A DNA stretch of 62,849 bases, the filler included, from Calcarisporiella thermophila CBS 279.70 (lineage: Eukaryota; Fungi; Calcarisporiellomycota): NCBI RefSeq assembly GCF_041956535.1. It is 9 parts of 9 records of this genome, joined end to end, with 100 filler letters (N's around TTAATTAATTAA, not from the genome) between each part and the next. Parts side by side here need not be neighbours in the genome. Positions count along the whole stretch, not along the records: positions 49,377 to 52,162 come from NW_027192272.1; positions 52,263 to 62,849 come from NW_027192220.1; 7 more parts are not named here. The stretch is one strand, 5' to 3'. Both the position numbers and the translations under genes were made by a program. The notes under the pieces were generated by a model. The model saw only the letters and a program-made list of their open reading frames with translations. It searched no databases and was not told the origin of the DNA. Positions 51,146 to 62,849 of the stretch are shown piece after piece. Position 1 is the first letter of the stretch, and each line of letters begins with the position of its first letter.

Positions 51146-52262
51146 GGATAAATATTGTCCAGAATTCCCTGATAACCACTCAGCTATATTGTATTAGCTA
51201 AGTAATATCGTGTAACAAATAAGAACATTCAAAAAGTGAATATTCTCCAGCAATAAGTACTCAGCAACTTCTGAACTTTGTATCTATATTATGCTGATAT
51301 TCAGAAAATCATGTATGGAATATTTTATTTTATATCATTCATAAATTTTGTCGTATTTAAAGAACAATATACGGTATCACAGAATACAGAACCGCGGTTC
51401 GGCAGGTAGAAAAAATTACTAGTTAATAGATATATAGTGTTCCCATCATATCAACGAGAAAAAAAAATTAATAATGGAATTCGTGCGCTTGGCAGAAGAG
51501 TGTTATAGAGAAACACACGATTCCGATAAATACATAGAATGGACTCACAGTAATGGTCTACTATGCTACATAAATAAATATTTATATACTTCCAAACCCG
51601 TCGAAACAAACATCTAGAATCACGGATGATTTTTGTTAAAACTTTGATCCAGATCTTTTAAGTGACATTATGGGATACTTAAGCCCTGAATTAGTAATTC
51701 TCACTTCTGAAATATTATTCCCTAAAACTATATACATCTAAAATTTTCCCTTGGGCCAAATAAGTTAAAATCCTACGGGTTCACTTTCTCTGATATTCGA
51801 CAGGTCCAAATTTATAATGAATCAATAGATTAACTGCATATTTTAGCATTTATTTAAAACATTTCTGGTTCAAGATTCTGGATGCAAGATCATGATTCAT
51901 ACTGTAAGTTCAAGAAAATATAAATATATTTAGTCAAGAAGTTACGTCAAGAGTACAGCGAGTCAAGATTACTTTTACAAATAATATGAATAAATGGGGC
52001 ATTTATAATCAAAGTAGTTCGACAAAAGGTTGTAGAATCTGATAGTCGTTCGAATTATCCAGAAGAATAATGGTTACTTTCCATTTTGCTACGTAATCTC
52101 TTAAAATTTGGAGAGTTTGGTTCCGGCTGCATCTTACAGAGCCGGGTCAAGGACAAACATTANNNNNNNNNNNNNNNNNNNNNNNNNNNNNNNNNNNNNN
52201 NNNNNNTTAATTAATTAANNNNNNNNNNNNNNNNNNNNNNNNNNNNNNNNNNNNNNNNNNNN

Positions 52263-55200
52263 GTGCGATCTCGATCTCGCCTTGTGGTTCCCCGTAAGTT
52301 TGACGAGCAAAATCACGGTTTCCTGGTGCAGGGAGATCTCTTCGATCGAGTTTGCCATTGGACGTCAATGGAAACTTATCCATGCGCACATACGCACTCG
52401 GCACCATGTACTCTGGTAGCCTCGCCATGAGATAAGAGCGAAGTAGCTGTGCAAATTGAGCCGCGTCGCCTGCACCAAAATGAAGTTTGCAACTGGTTAG
52501 TATTTTATGGATATAGACGCTCAATCATCCACATGAATCTTGTTTTGTTGCCGCTCCAGCTTCCAAAACCGTCCTTACCTTTTGCAAGTTGCGAATCGGA
52601 CGTGGCTATCACATAAGCAACAAGACGCTTGCTTTCTTCTACTCCTATTGCAACCACTACAGCCTCGGCCACCTGCGGGTGCTCGACTAGACGCGCCTCA
52701 ATCTCGCCAAGCTCGATTCGGAAACCGCGGATCTTGACTTGATGGTCATTGCGGCCAAGATACACCAGGTTGCCATCAGGGAGGTACCGAGCCAAATCTC
52801 CAGTCTTGTACATGCGTGCTTCAGAAATTCCAGCAAAAGGATCAGGGAGGAACCTTTCGGCGGTCAGCTCTGGCCTGTTTAGATATCCGCGAGCGACACC
52901 AGCTCCGCCTACATATAATTCGCCTACAACACCAATTGGCGTAGGTCGACCGTGATCGTCCAGCACATAGGTCCGTAGATCTGGAATACGCAGACCGATC
53001 GGACTGCTTGACAGACTGCAATCCTCCAGGGTTATCCGCCGATAGGTGACGTGCACTGTTGTTTCCGTAATGCCATACATGTTCACAACCTGAGGTTTGT
53101 CCTCCGCATGCGTCAGGAACCATGCTTGCAGAGCAGCAGGTGCTAGTGCCTCACCACCAAAAATCACGTAACGCAGACTGTCGCGTAGCCCGTCTCTTGA
53201 ATGGACCTCTGTAATCGTTTTGAAAGCGCTTGGGGTGATATTCAGTACCGTGATGGACTGCTTGCATATTATCTGATACAACTCCTGTGGTGAGCGTGCG
53301 ATGTCTTGTGAGATAATTACCAACCTGCCACCAAAGCGAAGAGCTCCCCAGATTTCCCACACAGAGAAATCGAAAGCGAAAGAGTGGAGAAGACACCAGG
53401 TGTCGTGCTCCGTGAAATCATACCAGCCGCCGGTAGCTGTGAATAGACGGTTCACTTGTCTATGTTCAACCATGACACCTTTTGGCTTGCCGGTGGATCC
53501 CGAGGTGTAAATGATATAGGCGAGGTGGTGCGGTGATAGACTAGGAATATGAGGGTTGGTGGTGGAGCTTTCAAACACTGCACTCGGATCAACCATGTTC
53601 AATTTAGCCAATCCTGCTCCGTGAAGAGCTGCTCTTCCACATGAATCAGCCATCACGATCGATGGTGATGCATCCAACACAATATCTACGAGTCGTTCAC
53701 TGGCATGCGCAGGATCAAGAGGCACATAAGCGCCTCCAGCCTTCAGAATTGCCAGTATCCCGATGATCAACCCTGGTGTACGCTCAACGCAAATTCCCAC
53801 AAGGGTGTCAGGTTGGACACCGAGCTTGACAAGATGATGTGCTAGGGAGTTAGCACGCGCGTTTAGTTCCGAATAGGTCAGAGTCTGGTCCTTGTATACG
53901 ACAGCGATGGCATCGGGCTTGCGTGAAACCTGCTGCTCAAATAGGTGATGGAGGTATAGGCCAGTCGGATAGTCCTCCTGGGTCTTATTCCATGTCTGCA
54001 GCAATAGTGTGCGCTCCTCTGTGGGCAGCACCTCAAGATCGGCTACTGATGCATTCGGGGTATGCTCCAATGCATTGGCTAAACTCTCGAGTGCCTGCTG
54101 CATGTAGCCACAGACACGGTCGGGTTCTATCTGTTGCAATGTCTGGACCGTCAAGCCTAGTTCATTGCCGAAATCATCCACTGAAAGGCACAATGGATAG
54201 TTGGTGCGATCCTGAATGCCTAGATATTCCATGCCGGAGAGGACTGGAGTGCCGTCGGATGACATAGAATTGTGCATGTAATTCAGCAGCGAACTAAATA
54301 GTGGAGTTCCTGCAGGAACCCCACTGCATCGTTGGGCTAGTGCTAACGGAGCATGCTCGTGCTCCAGAAGAGCTGCCAGAAGTGTATGGGTCGCGCGAAC
54401 ACCGTCCTCAACGCTACGCTCATCGAGATCAACACGGATTGGTAGCGTGTTGATAAAGAGTCCCATCGCCCTGTTCGAACTCGCGCCGACCTGCATGCGC
54501 CCAAATAGCACCGTGCCAAATACAACGCGTTGCTGCCCACTCGTGCGCGCAATCACTAGAGCCCAGGCAAGATGGCACAGACTGGCCAAGCTGACGCCTA
54601 ATCTCTTTGCTTGTGACCGAAGCAGCTTGTTCAGTTCTTGAGGTAGCATGCGACGTGCCTCTGTGACCTCAGCTCCATCACCATGGACATTCGTTAGTCC
54701 ATAAGGCAGTGTAGGACTTTCGATGTCAGCCAACATCTCCTTGAAGAAGCGCTCTTGTTCGATCGGATTGGCCCCCAAGCGCGCCTGTGCGATGAGATTT
54801 CGGTATGGAAGTGGTGGTGGCAGTGTATTGCCGTGTCCTTCAAGGAACGCCTGAATCTCGGCATTCAACGTTTCCGATGTTGACCGGTCGCTAATTAAAT
54901 GATGTTGCAACCGAACAAGGATCCACCGACCATTACTCTCTTGTGCAGTGACAATGCGAATCAGTGGCGCCTGAGCCAAATCAATACGATGTTGTCGATG
55001 TTGGAACTTATGTTTCAACTGCTGAATAATGGGTCCATCAACTGGGTCTAACTGGAGCTCAGAGACCGACAGTTGCGCTGTACGCCATACGACCTGTGCT
55101 GGTNNNNNNNNNNNNNNNNNNNNNNNNNNNNNNNNNNNNNNNNNNNNNNNNNNNNNNNNNNNNNNNNNNNNNNNNNNNNNNNNNNNNNNNNNNNNNNNNN

Positions 55201-58200
55201 NNNNNNNNNNNNNNNNNNNNNNNNNNNNNNNNNNNNNNNNNNNNNNNNNNNNNNNNNNNNNNNNNNNNNNNNNNNNNNNNNNNNNNNNNNNNNNNNNNNN
55301 NNNNNNNNNNNNNNNNNNNNNNNNNNNNNNNNNNNNNNNNNNNNNNNNNNNNNNNNNNNNNNNNNNNNNNNNNNNNNNNNNNNNNNNNNNNNNNNNNNNN
55401 NNNNNNNNNNNNNNNNNNNNNNNNNNNNNNNNNNNNNNNNNNNNNNNNNNNNNNNNNNNNNNNNNNNNNNNNNNNNNNNNNNNNNNNNNNNNNNNNNNNN
55501 NNNNNNNNNNNNNNNNNNNNNNNNNNNNNNNNNNNNNNNNNNNNNNNNNNNNNNNNNNNNNNNNNNNNNNNNNNNNNNNNNNNNNNNNNNNNNNNNNNNN
55601 NNNNNNNNNNNNNNNNNNNNNNNNNNNNNNNNNNNNNNNNNNNNNNNNNNNNNNNNNNNNNNNNNNNNNNNNNNNNNNNNNNNNNNNNNNNNNNNNNNNN
55701 NNNNNNNNNNNNNNNNNNNNNNNNNNNNNNNNNNNNNNNNNNNNNNNNNNNNNNNNNNNNNNNNNNNNNNNNNNNNNNNNNNNNNNNNNNNNNNNNNNNN
55801 NNNNNNNNNNNNNNNNNNNNNNNNNNNNNNNNNNNNNNNNNNNNNNNNNNNNNNNNNNNNNNNNNNNNNNNNNNNNNNNNNNNNNNNNNNNNNNNNNNNN
55901 NNNNNNNNNNNNNNNNNNNNNNNNNNNNNNNNNNNNNNNNNNNNNNNNNNNNNNNNNNNNNNNNNNNNNNNNNNNNNNNNNNNNNNNNNNNNNNNNNNNN
56001 NNNNNNNNNNNNNNNNNNNNNNNNNNNNNNNNNNNNNNNNNNGCTGGGACCATGAACTCTGGCAATCGTGTCGTGAGATGTGAGCGGAGTGCCAGAGCAA
56101 GTTGCGCTGTGTAGTGTTCCAATACAGTATCGTAACATGTTAGTGTCGTAAAGACTCATAATCTGACTTCAGCACATGAACAACGTCGTCCGAACTTACT
56201 TCTATCTCTATTCGTACTTTCCACAGCCTGATCATCAGACTTGACTATGACATAGGCAACAAGCCGCTTGTTGCTCCCTTCTCCTAAAGCAACCACAACG
56301 GCCTCTGCCACCAGGGGATGTTCATGCAGATGTGCCTCGATCTCGCCAAGCTCGATTCGAAATCCACGGATCTTGACTTGATGGTCATTACGGCCAATAT
56401 ATACCAGGTTGCCATCAGGGAGATATCGCGCCAGATCACCCGTCTTGTACATCCGTGCTTCAGCGTCGCCAACAAAGGGATCTGGAAGGAACCTCTCCGC
56501 TGTAAGTTCTGGCTTGTTCAAATAGCCTCGCGCCAGGCCGACTCCTCCAACATATATCTCACCCACTACCCCGAGAGGTACTGGATTGCCATGAGTATCC
56601 AAAAGGTAGATCCGCTTGTTGGGAATGGGGCGACCAATTGGCACTACATTTCCGCTGAAATCCTTGGGGCATTTCCACACAACTCCAGAGGTGATTTCAG
56701 ACGATCCATAGTTATTTATGATGGTGCTATTGGGCGCCACGGTTCTCAATGCATGAGGGAGATTCGGCGCCAAGGTTTCACCTACTGTAATGATTGCCCG
56801 GAGCGACTTTAGAGGAGGCATGTCCTTGCAGTCCTGGAGTAATGATGATGTAAAACTGACGTGGGTAATGGAATGGGTCTTTAAAAACTCCCAAAGTCGA
56901 TATCTATCCTGGCGAATGTCGTTCCGCAACAGATACAGACTTGCGCCGGCAGTCAAGGTCGAAAATATTTCAGAGACGCTGTGGGAAAAGTTGAAGGATG
57001 CAAATTGCAGGTAACGACTGCCAGGATAAATACCGAACATTTTGGGTCGACTATAGACCAAGTTCACGGCGCCTTGGTGCTCAACCATTACTCCTTTGGG
57101 CTTTCCTGTCGATCCAGAGGTGTAGATGATATACGCAACATGCCTCGAGGTCAGTTGAACGAGCTGAGGATTGCTGGTATCCTCTTGCTGCAGAGCACTG
57201 GGGTCCACAACTGCAAGTGAGGACAGAATCTCGTCTCCTATTGCCACTCGTCCAGTCTTGTCCGCCACCAGGATAGTCGGTGCCGTATCATTGAGGATAT
57301 CCCTTAGGCGGTCACTCTTGTAGAATGGGTCAAGCGGCACATATGCACCGCCAGCCTTGAGGATAGCCAGTATACCAATGATCATTTCAAGAGACCGCTC
57401 GACAGAAATCGCCACAGGCATATCTGGGTGAACACCGAGCTTGATGAGATGATGTGCTAGGCGATTGGCGCGTGCATTCAGTTCTGAATAAGTAAGGGAC
57501 TGATCCTCGTGCACAACAGCAATGGCCTTTGGCGTGCGTGCGACTTGCTGTTCAAACAGATAGTGGAGGCATAGGTGGTCGGGATAGTCCACTTGGGTCA
57601 TATTCCATTTATGTAGTACGAGTATACGCTCAGCTGGCGGCAGAATGTCGATTTTAGCGACGGATTGCGTTATATCGGATGCCATTCCTTCCAGTATCGA
57701 GTGAAGATATCCCGCATGCCGCTCAATCGTTGCAGAATCGAAGAGAGCTGCAGCGTAGTGTAGCACTCCTACGATTTGGTCGCCCAGGTCTTGCATATGC
57801 AAATCAAGTTCAAAACCTGCTGGGATAGCATTTGAAGACGTTTGTGTCCATCCAATGGCGCTCGAATCCTGGTCATGCTTGGACCAGTTGAAGGCAACCT
57901 TGAGAGGTGTAGAGTCATCATGCCCATATGCTTCAGTGGTCATAGTTGCCCTCTTAATGCGTTCAAGCAGCTGAATTATGTCTGGGTCACCGGAGAGGTC
58001 GACATGTATTATCACGTAGTACGTGGAGGAGGCGGCGGTATCTCTGTCGGGAGTGGTAAAAAGGCCGCTGCGTAGACCAATAGCAAAATTTTCTTGGCCC
58101 GTAAGCCTGGACAGAACGACAGCCCAAGCAGCCAGCAAGCCTACATTCAGGTCAATATCCCGTTGGTGGGTCAGGTTTTTGAGAAGCTGCGTAATCCGTG

Positions 58201-58420
58201 GCTCGAGTCGTATAGACCATTTCGCTACTTCCAGCGATCGATGGGTCAGGCGGGGTCGGTCCGTTGGCAAATCGAGCGGCAATGGTGCTACTTCAAGAGC
58301 CTTGAGCAAGTCGCCATTCCTCGCTTGCGGTTCTCGGGCACTGTAAGGCTTCGCATCCTCAGTAGGATTTCGGATGGATCCGCCGTCGCTCTTTATTGAA
58401 CTCGAGTCCTCAGTCTGCAT
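52263..58420 (-). CDS. NRPS fragment B, bacterial-like: C(partial)-A1-[T1 in gap]-dual E/C-A2(Thr), truncated
   Basis: Two A domains (YIIYTSGSTGKPKG, MYKTGDL, QVKIRGFRIELGEIE). Dual E/C hallmarks HHLISD, PYRNLIAQARLG, LPYGL, VVFGTVLFGRM. Introns 56107-56199 and 52470-52578. Confidence 0.95.
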
Positions 58421-61400
58421 TCACGATAATATTATTGATGTTAGAGACGTAAGAAACGCATTTAAATTTGTATGAACAAGACACGAGAGGTTATATGACA
58501 TACACTAGTATTTTCAGCTTTTCGAAGGAGAGAGTCTTGAAGCTCTTGCTTTGTGAATCCATCCGGATCAGCAAGTGTCTGCTCACTTCCTGAATCACTA
58601 ATAACAGAGATCGAGTCCTAGGTAGCAGCCAAATCGAGTGCCACGTCGACCCTTGGTTAGCAATGGGGTGAATGACAATAGATACGTAATTCGGTCAAGT
58701 TGGACAGAATTGTAGAGAGATGAATGTTCTCTCTCTTAGCATACTTACAGAATGATTCTGACGCATATAAGAATTGCTAGCGTTGAACGATGGCTGGTCG
58801 CCGCTGACAAGGCCCATGCTGAGAACCTCTTCCTCCTTTTGCCTAACCAAGGAGTAGATTATTAGCATACTCTCTGGATGATGAAGATCATAGACATGCA
58901 ATGCATCATTTTCTTCACACTCTGTCTTTTGACTTGGTTCAACTTACTTTCCGTTGATGATCATCTATGACCTTTTAACTATTCAAGTAAAACGTTAGAG
59001 CAATCAACGATTGGAATGCATTCTATATCCTGTGGTGCTATACAATGTGTAGGTGGCAACTACGTTAATACTTACCCTGTCCAATACTGTTGTTTATTTT
59101 GCTTCGACTTCACAAGGGTTGGCGTGAATGAAAGAAGTGAGAAAACAACTGAGAAAAACCAAACTAAATAAAATCAGAACAATCGTTTTATAAATATAGT
59201 TGGGGAGGGGGGGGGCAAGGAGAGCAGCGAGTTAGATCTCAGGGAATGTAGTATATATGCTGTGTAACTGGACAGCTCGTTTACACCTTTTCTCATGATA
59301 TGATATAATGTCATTAATATTAACTTGTTATGGCATAATATTTAATTTGTTATAATCTGGTGTAATATTTATGGGAAGATATATTCAATATTTGATATGA
59401 GATTTTATATATTTTTTGATTTTTTTATTCTTATTTTAAAACAATTTTTATACCTTTTTGTTCCTCACCGATCTCTATTTTTTACTAAAATCGTCTGCCT
59501 ACCTTACGAACCCCGTTATATTCTGAGTGATTTTTTCATGCTGCTCCATGCATGGCATGCAAAGAAATGGCACAAATGGGAATGGGGAGATGCTTACGAA
59601 AAAAAAAATGAATACACTCAAGCAGAGCAAAGTAACTATGGACTATCTGGTTTTCTTGTGAGCCCTCTTGATAATGCAGCGCGTTTGTTCCGTTGAATGC
59701 GGAGATATACTGTAGCTTGTTTTGTGAGACCAATGATTCTAACTTCACGGTATATCCAATCTCCGTTTATGGGGATCATGTACTTATACAGTAGATATTA
59801 CATCCTAACACTATCATAATGCAAAAACAACACAACAATAGAACCATTTGCTTTATTTTTCCGCGTCCGTCAATAATATAAAGTATTTTGGGGGCTTCTG
59901 AGAATCACATCATTTTTCATCTACAATTTCTAATAAAATATTAATTTCATTGTACAGCTGATAACTCACTATTGTAATAAGTGGTATGTATATTTTGTTA
60001 ATACTTTTCTGATTAGTTTTCGGTGAGGCCAAACTTCTGCAAGGCATGGCGTGTGACGCAAAATTCGTACAGTCAACCTCAAATAACTGCCTTTTTGGAG
60101 AAGGGTTCATAGGCAAATGGCGTCCGAAAACTTTTATTCAAAAAGATTAGCCATGCACAGTATCTTACAGTATCCCGCATTAATGTTGATACGGCATCAC
60201 CATTAATGCGGCGATCCAACGCTTTTGGCTTAGGGAATCTAGCAATTGCTGCGTCTGGGACAAGAAAAGAAAGTCATTTGCTTTGCACCATGTGTAGTCA
60301 CCACCTACGCCTCCCCGCCTTCTCACGGACTTTTAGTATAACATTTTGCAATTTTAAAGAGTTGTACCGTATATCTCTCGGTTTATACGATTGATCACAT
60401 ACAGCGCTTAGTTTTTTGATTATTTCAGTGTCACTGTGTTAAGATTTTTTTTTTTTGAACTTGATTTTAAATGCACCCAGTGTCAGGATTTTAACTTTTA
60501 CTTAACTTTTACATGCATCTAATTATTACTTGTTTGAGTGTAAATGAAAATCCTGTTTATTGTTTTTGTTGTTATTCTTTAAATAGTTCAGCTATTTGTT
60601 TTCTGATCCTCACTCCTATTTTTCTCTTTATATTTTTACTATTATTTTACTATAGGAGTCCGAAAGTCGAAAATTACTTTCGTCCCACACTGGGGTAACC
60701 TAATAATATTAGGCTATTGCTTGTACCAAATGCAATAACTAAAATTCGGTAGTTTCCAATGTCAGCACTCGGATTCTGTTTATTTTACAAATATACATCG
60801 CTTGTAGTTTTTTTACATCTTTCAATCGATTATTAAGTGTTTGCAAATCATATTACGAGCTTATTTTTCGTTTACTAAATTCTAGTATCCTCCGTACGCT
60901 ATTTGTGTTTATCAGATTATCCAAATCTTCAAATCAAGCATTTTATGTTAAACTGTTAATAATGAGTACTTGGATCAGTTTAGTCCACCGTCGTGCAGCC
61001 CAGTGTAATTTCACTAAAGTTGCCCTAGTCCAATGGGCAGAGTAGAATGGTAATACAGTAGATTTACACCAATATGTGAGGGCCAACCAACTCTATGGAT
61101 TTGGTTAGATTAATATAATACTACAAATATATACTAAGAATACTTTGATCCGCAGGCTCCGGATTCAATCGTTGGCGTATTATCTGCTGCATGCTCTGTC
61201 ATTCACAACAAAACAAACCTGCGTCAGGCAATTTGATTGGTCTTTCAACACAAGCGATTATGCAGAAAGAGCGGAGTTCCAAAGGAAGCGAGCAAACCGA
61301 ATCTCGATTTGCAACCTTTCTACTTCGCATCAGGCACTGTTGGGACAACCGTGCCAGGATATGCAAGGGAGAAGACCCCAGCCGCGCAGCCCATCCAGCT

Positions 61401-62849
61401 TTCGACTCGATTTTTTCCGATCCTTGCAGAAACCTGCATATAGCTTGGAGCTATACTGCCAAGTTTGGCCTAAGTCGATCCATCACTTTTCGTCAACCAC
61501 CGCATTCATCTGTTGCACGAAATTTTCATCCGGGCGCATCCGCCTCTAGTACTGCGCATAACAGGATATTCTTTCATTGGCGGTTGCAAGGGTCCCGAGA
61601 TCCCCTTCAACATATTTCGCGGCTACTGCGTACATATGCTAATGAAGCGGCTAGAATGCCTAACTAGCAGATACTCTGAAAGCTTGTGTTGTCAAGTGAA
61701 GCTTGAAAAGCGGGTCGCACAAAGGAAATATTTAGCTCCAAGGTATTTTATTTGTCCTCCTTAGATGCGCAAGATGAAGTCATTACGCTAGCATATAGAA
61801 ATAAGAATGCAGTGTCGCACTTATCCACCTGGAGGAAAACTTGTCAATGCGTAAGATTAGGAAAAATACTAAGCTCTAGCTCAATTGCTATCCAGCCTTA
61901 TATTCTTTATTATACCTGTGGATTTTACGCGATAATCTTCGAAAAAAGTTTGAAATCCTTTTTGAGCACGCCTCGATTGTAAATTCAAATTTTTCTAGTT
62001 CGTTTGTTGGCATTAAATGCTTGTTATTAATTTCTGTCCCATAGAAAGCGGATATTTGCCAGTCCAGTGAGCAAAACTTAAGGGGGCTATAAAGAAAAGA
62101 TAATTAGAGCTAAAATTAGGTAAAATTGGATGAAGCTCTTAGAATGCACCAATATTACCCTCTGTTTACTGTGTTTCAAAATAAAAGTACATATAGCAAT
62201 AGGTGGCGAAATAGGAAAAGCAACACTAAGATTCAAGAGTACTGAACGATGGTTAGGGCATAAACAGTTAAAGTGTTTTTAATATGTACTCTAAAAATTA
62301 TTGTAATTTATTTATGTAAGAGCATAATATAAATACCGGTTACTTTAACAACCGTATCATGTATTTATTTCAAAATTTTTTCGACTACTACAAGTCGCCC
62401 CAATAAGTCGAAAACTTGCCCATACGTTATTAAAAGTAGATATTTGAAGATAGTCTGGAGGATAATAAGTTTACTTCATCTGCCCTTGTTCTTTGTTTTT
62501 AACGTTTTGGTACTGTCGTGTAAATATCCCAATTGTCTGTGTATCTATTTCAGAGTACTATTATAATGAAAAGGAGGATTATGCTTGATGAACGTAGCGT
62601 AAATTTAGCAGACTCAAGTTTATTTTTTAATTGCTGAATAATCAATGGAATGTTACCCTTTTGTATAGTATATCGCGATTAATCGTTGCCTTGGATTATG
62701 TACTCTGAGACATCAGCTGTGCAATTAAATTAATAAATTATAGTTCATTTGGAAAATTGAAGATTAAAAATGATATAATTTTAATTAGTTAAATAGACTA
62801 TTTGCTTAATGTAGTAAATATGAAGATATTAGCACTAGAAAGTAGGCAC

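Noticed and set aside
5708-52262. Recurrent TTAATTAATTAA flanked by Ns; apparent clustering of NRPSs, ABC transporter and TEs
   Set aside because: Artificial linkers. Neighbourhood across them is meaningless, so no gene cluster can be inferred.
61145-61982. Cluster of overlapping short ORFs
   Set aside because: No consistent frame or motif; at most a decayed relic.

Overview
Eukaryotic DNA, most likely from a non-Dikarya fungus (short GT-AG introns with CTAAY/CTRAC branch points, a methylmalonyl-CoA epimerase, bacterial-type NRPSs). The window is not one locus. It is 9 contigs joined by artificial 100-bp linkers (N44-TTAATTAATTAA-N44) at 5708-5807, 24610-24709, 27903-28002, 35066-35165, 42192-42291, 45775-45874, 49277-49376 and 52163-52262, plus two scaffold gaps (39815-40146, 55104-56042). 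Contig 1: two small secreted-protein genes among DIRS and Tc1 relics. Contig 2: a 5'-truncated L1/Tx1-type LINE about 60 bp upstream of a tRNA-Gln gene, then a Sec24 pseudogene and housekeeping genes (MCEE, NIPA-type transporter, THI80, MPP-beta, BED-finger relic, BNA6, LSD1-like). Contig 3: a partial ABCB/MDR transporter. Contig 4: an APE+RT non-LTR element carrying sense-strand spliceosomal introns. Contigs 5 and 9: two unrelated NRPS fragments. Contigs 6 and 7: apparently two parts of a large multi-exon gene fusing a Ulp1-type protease to an unannotated domain with Rep_trans-like motif order (candidate new transposon type), with a nested repeat array downstream. Contig 8: an orphan intronless ORF. 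All calls come from reading the sequence; no searches were run.
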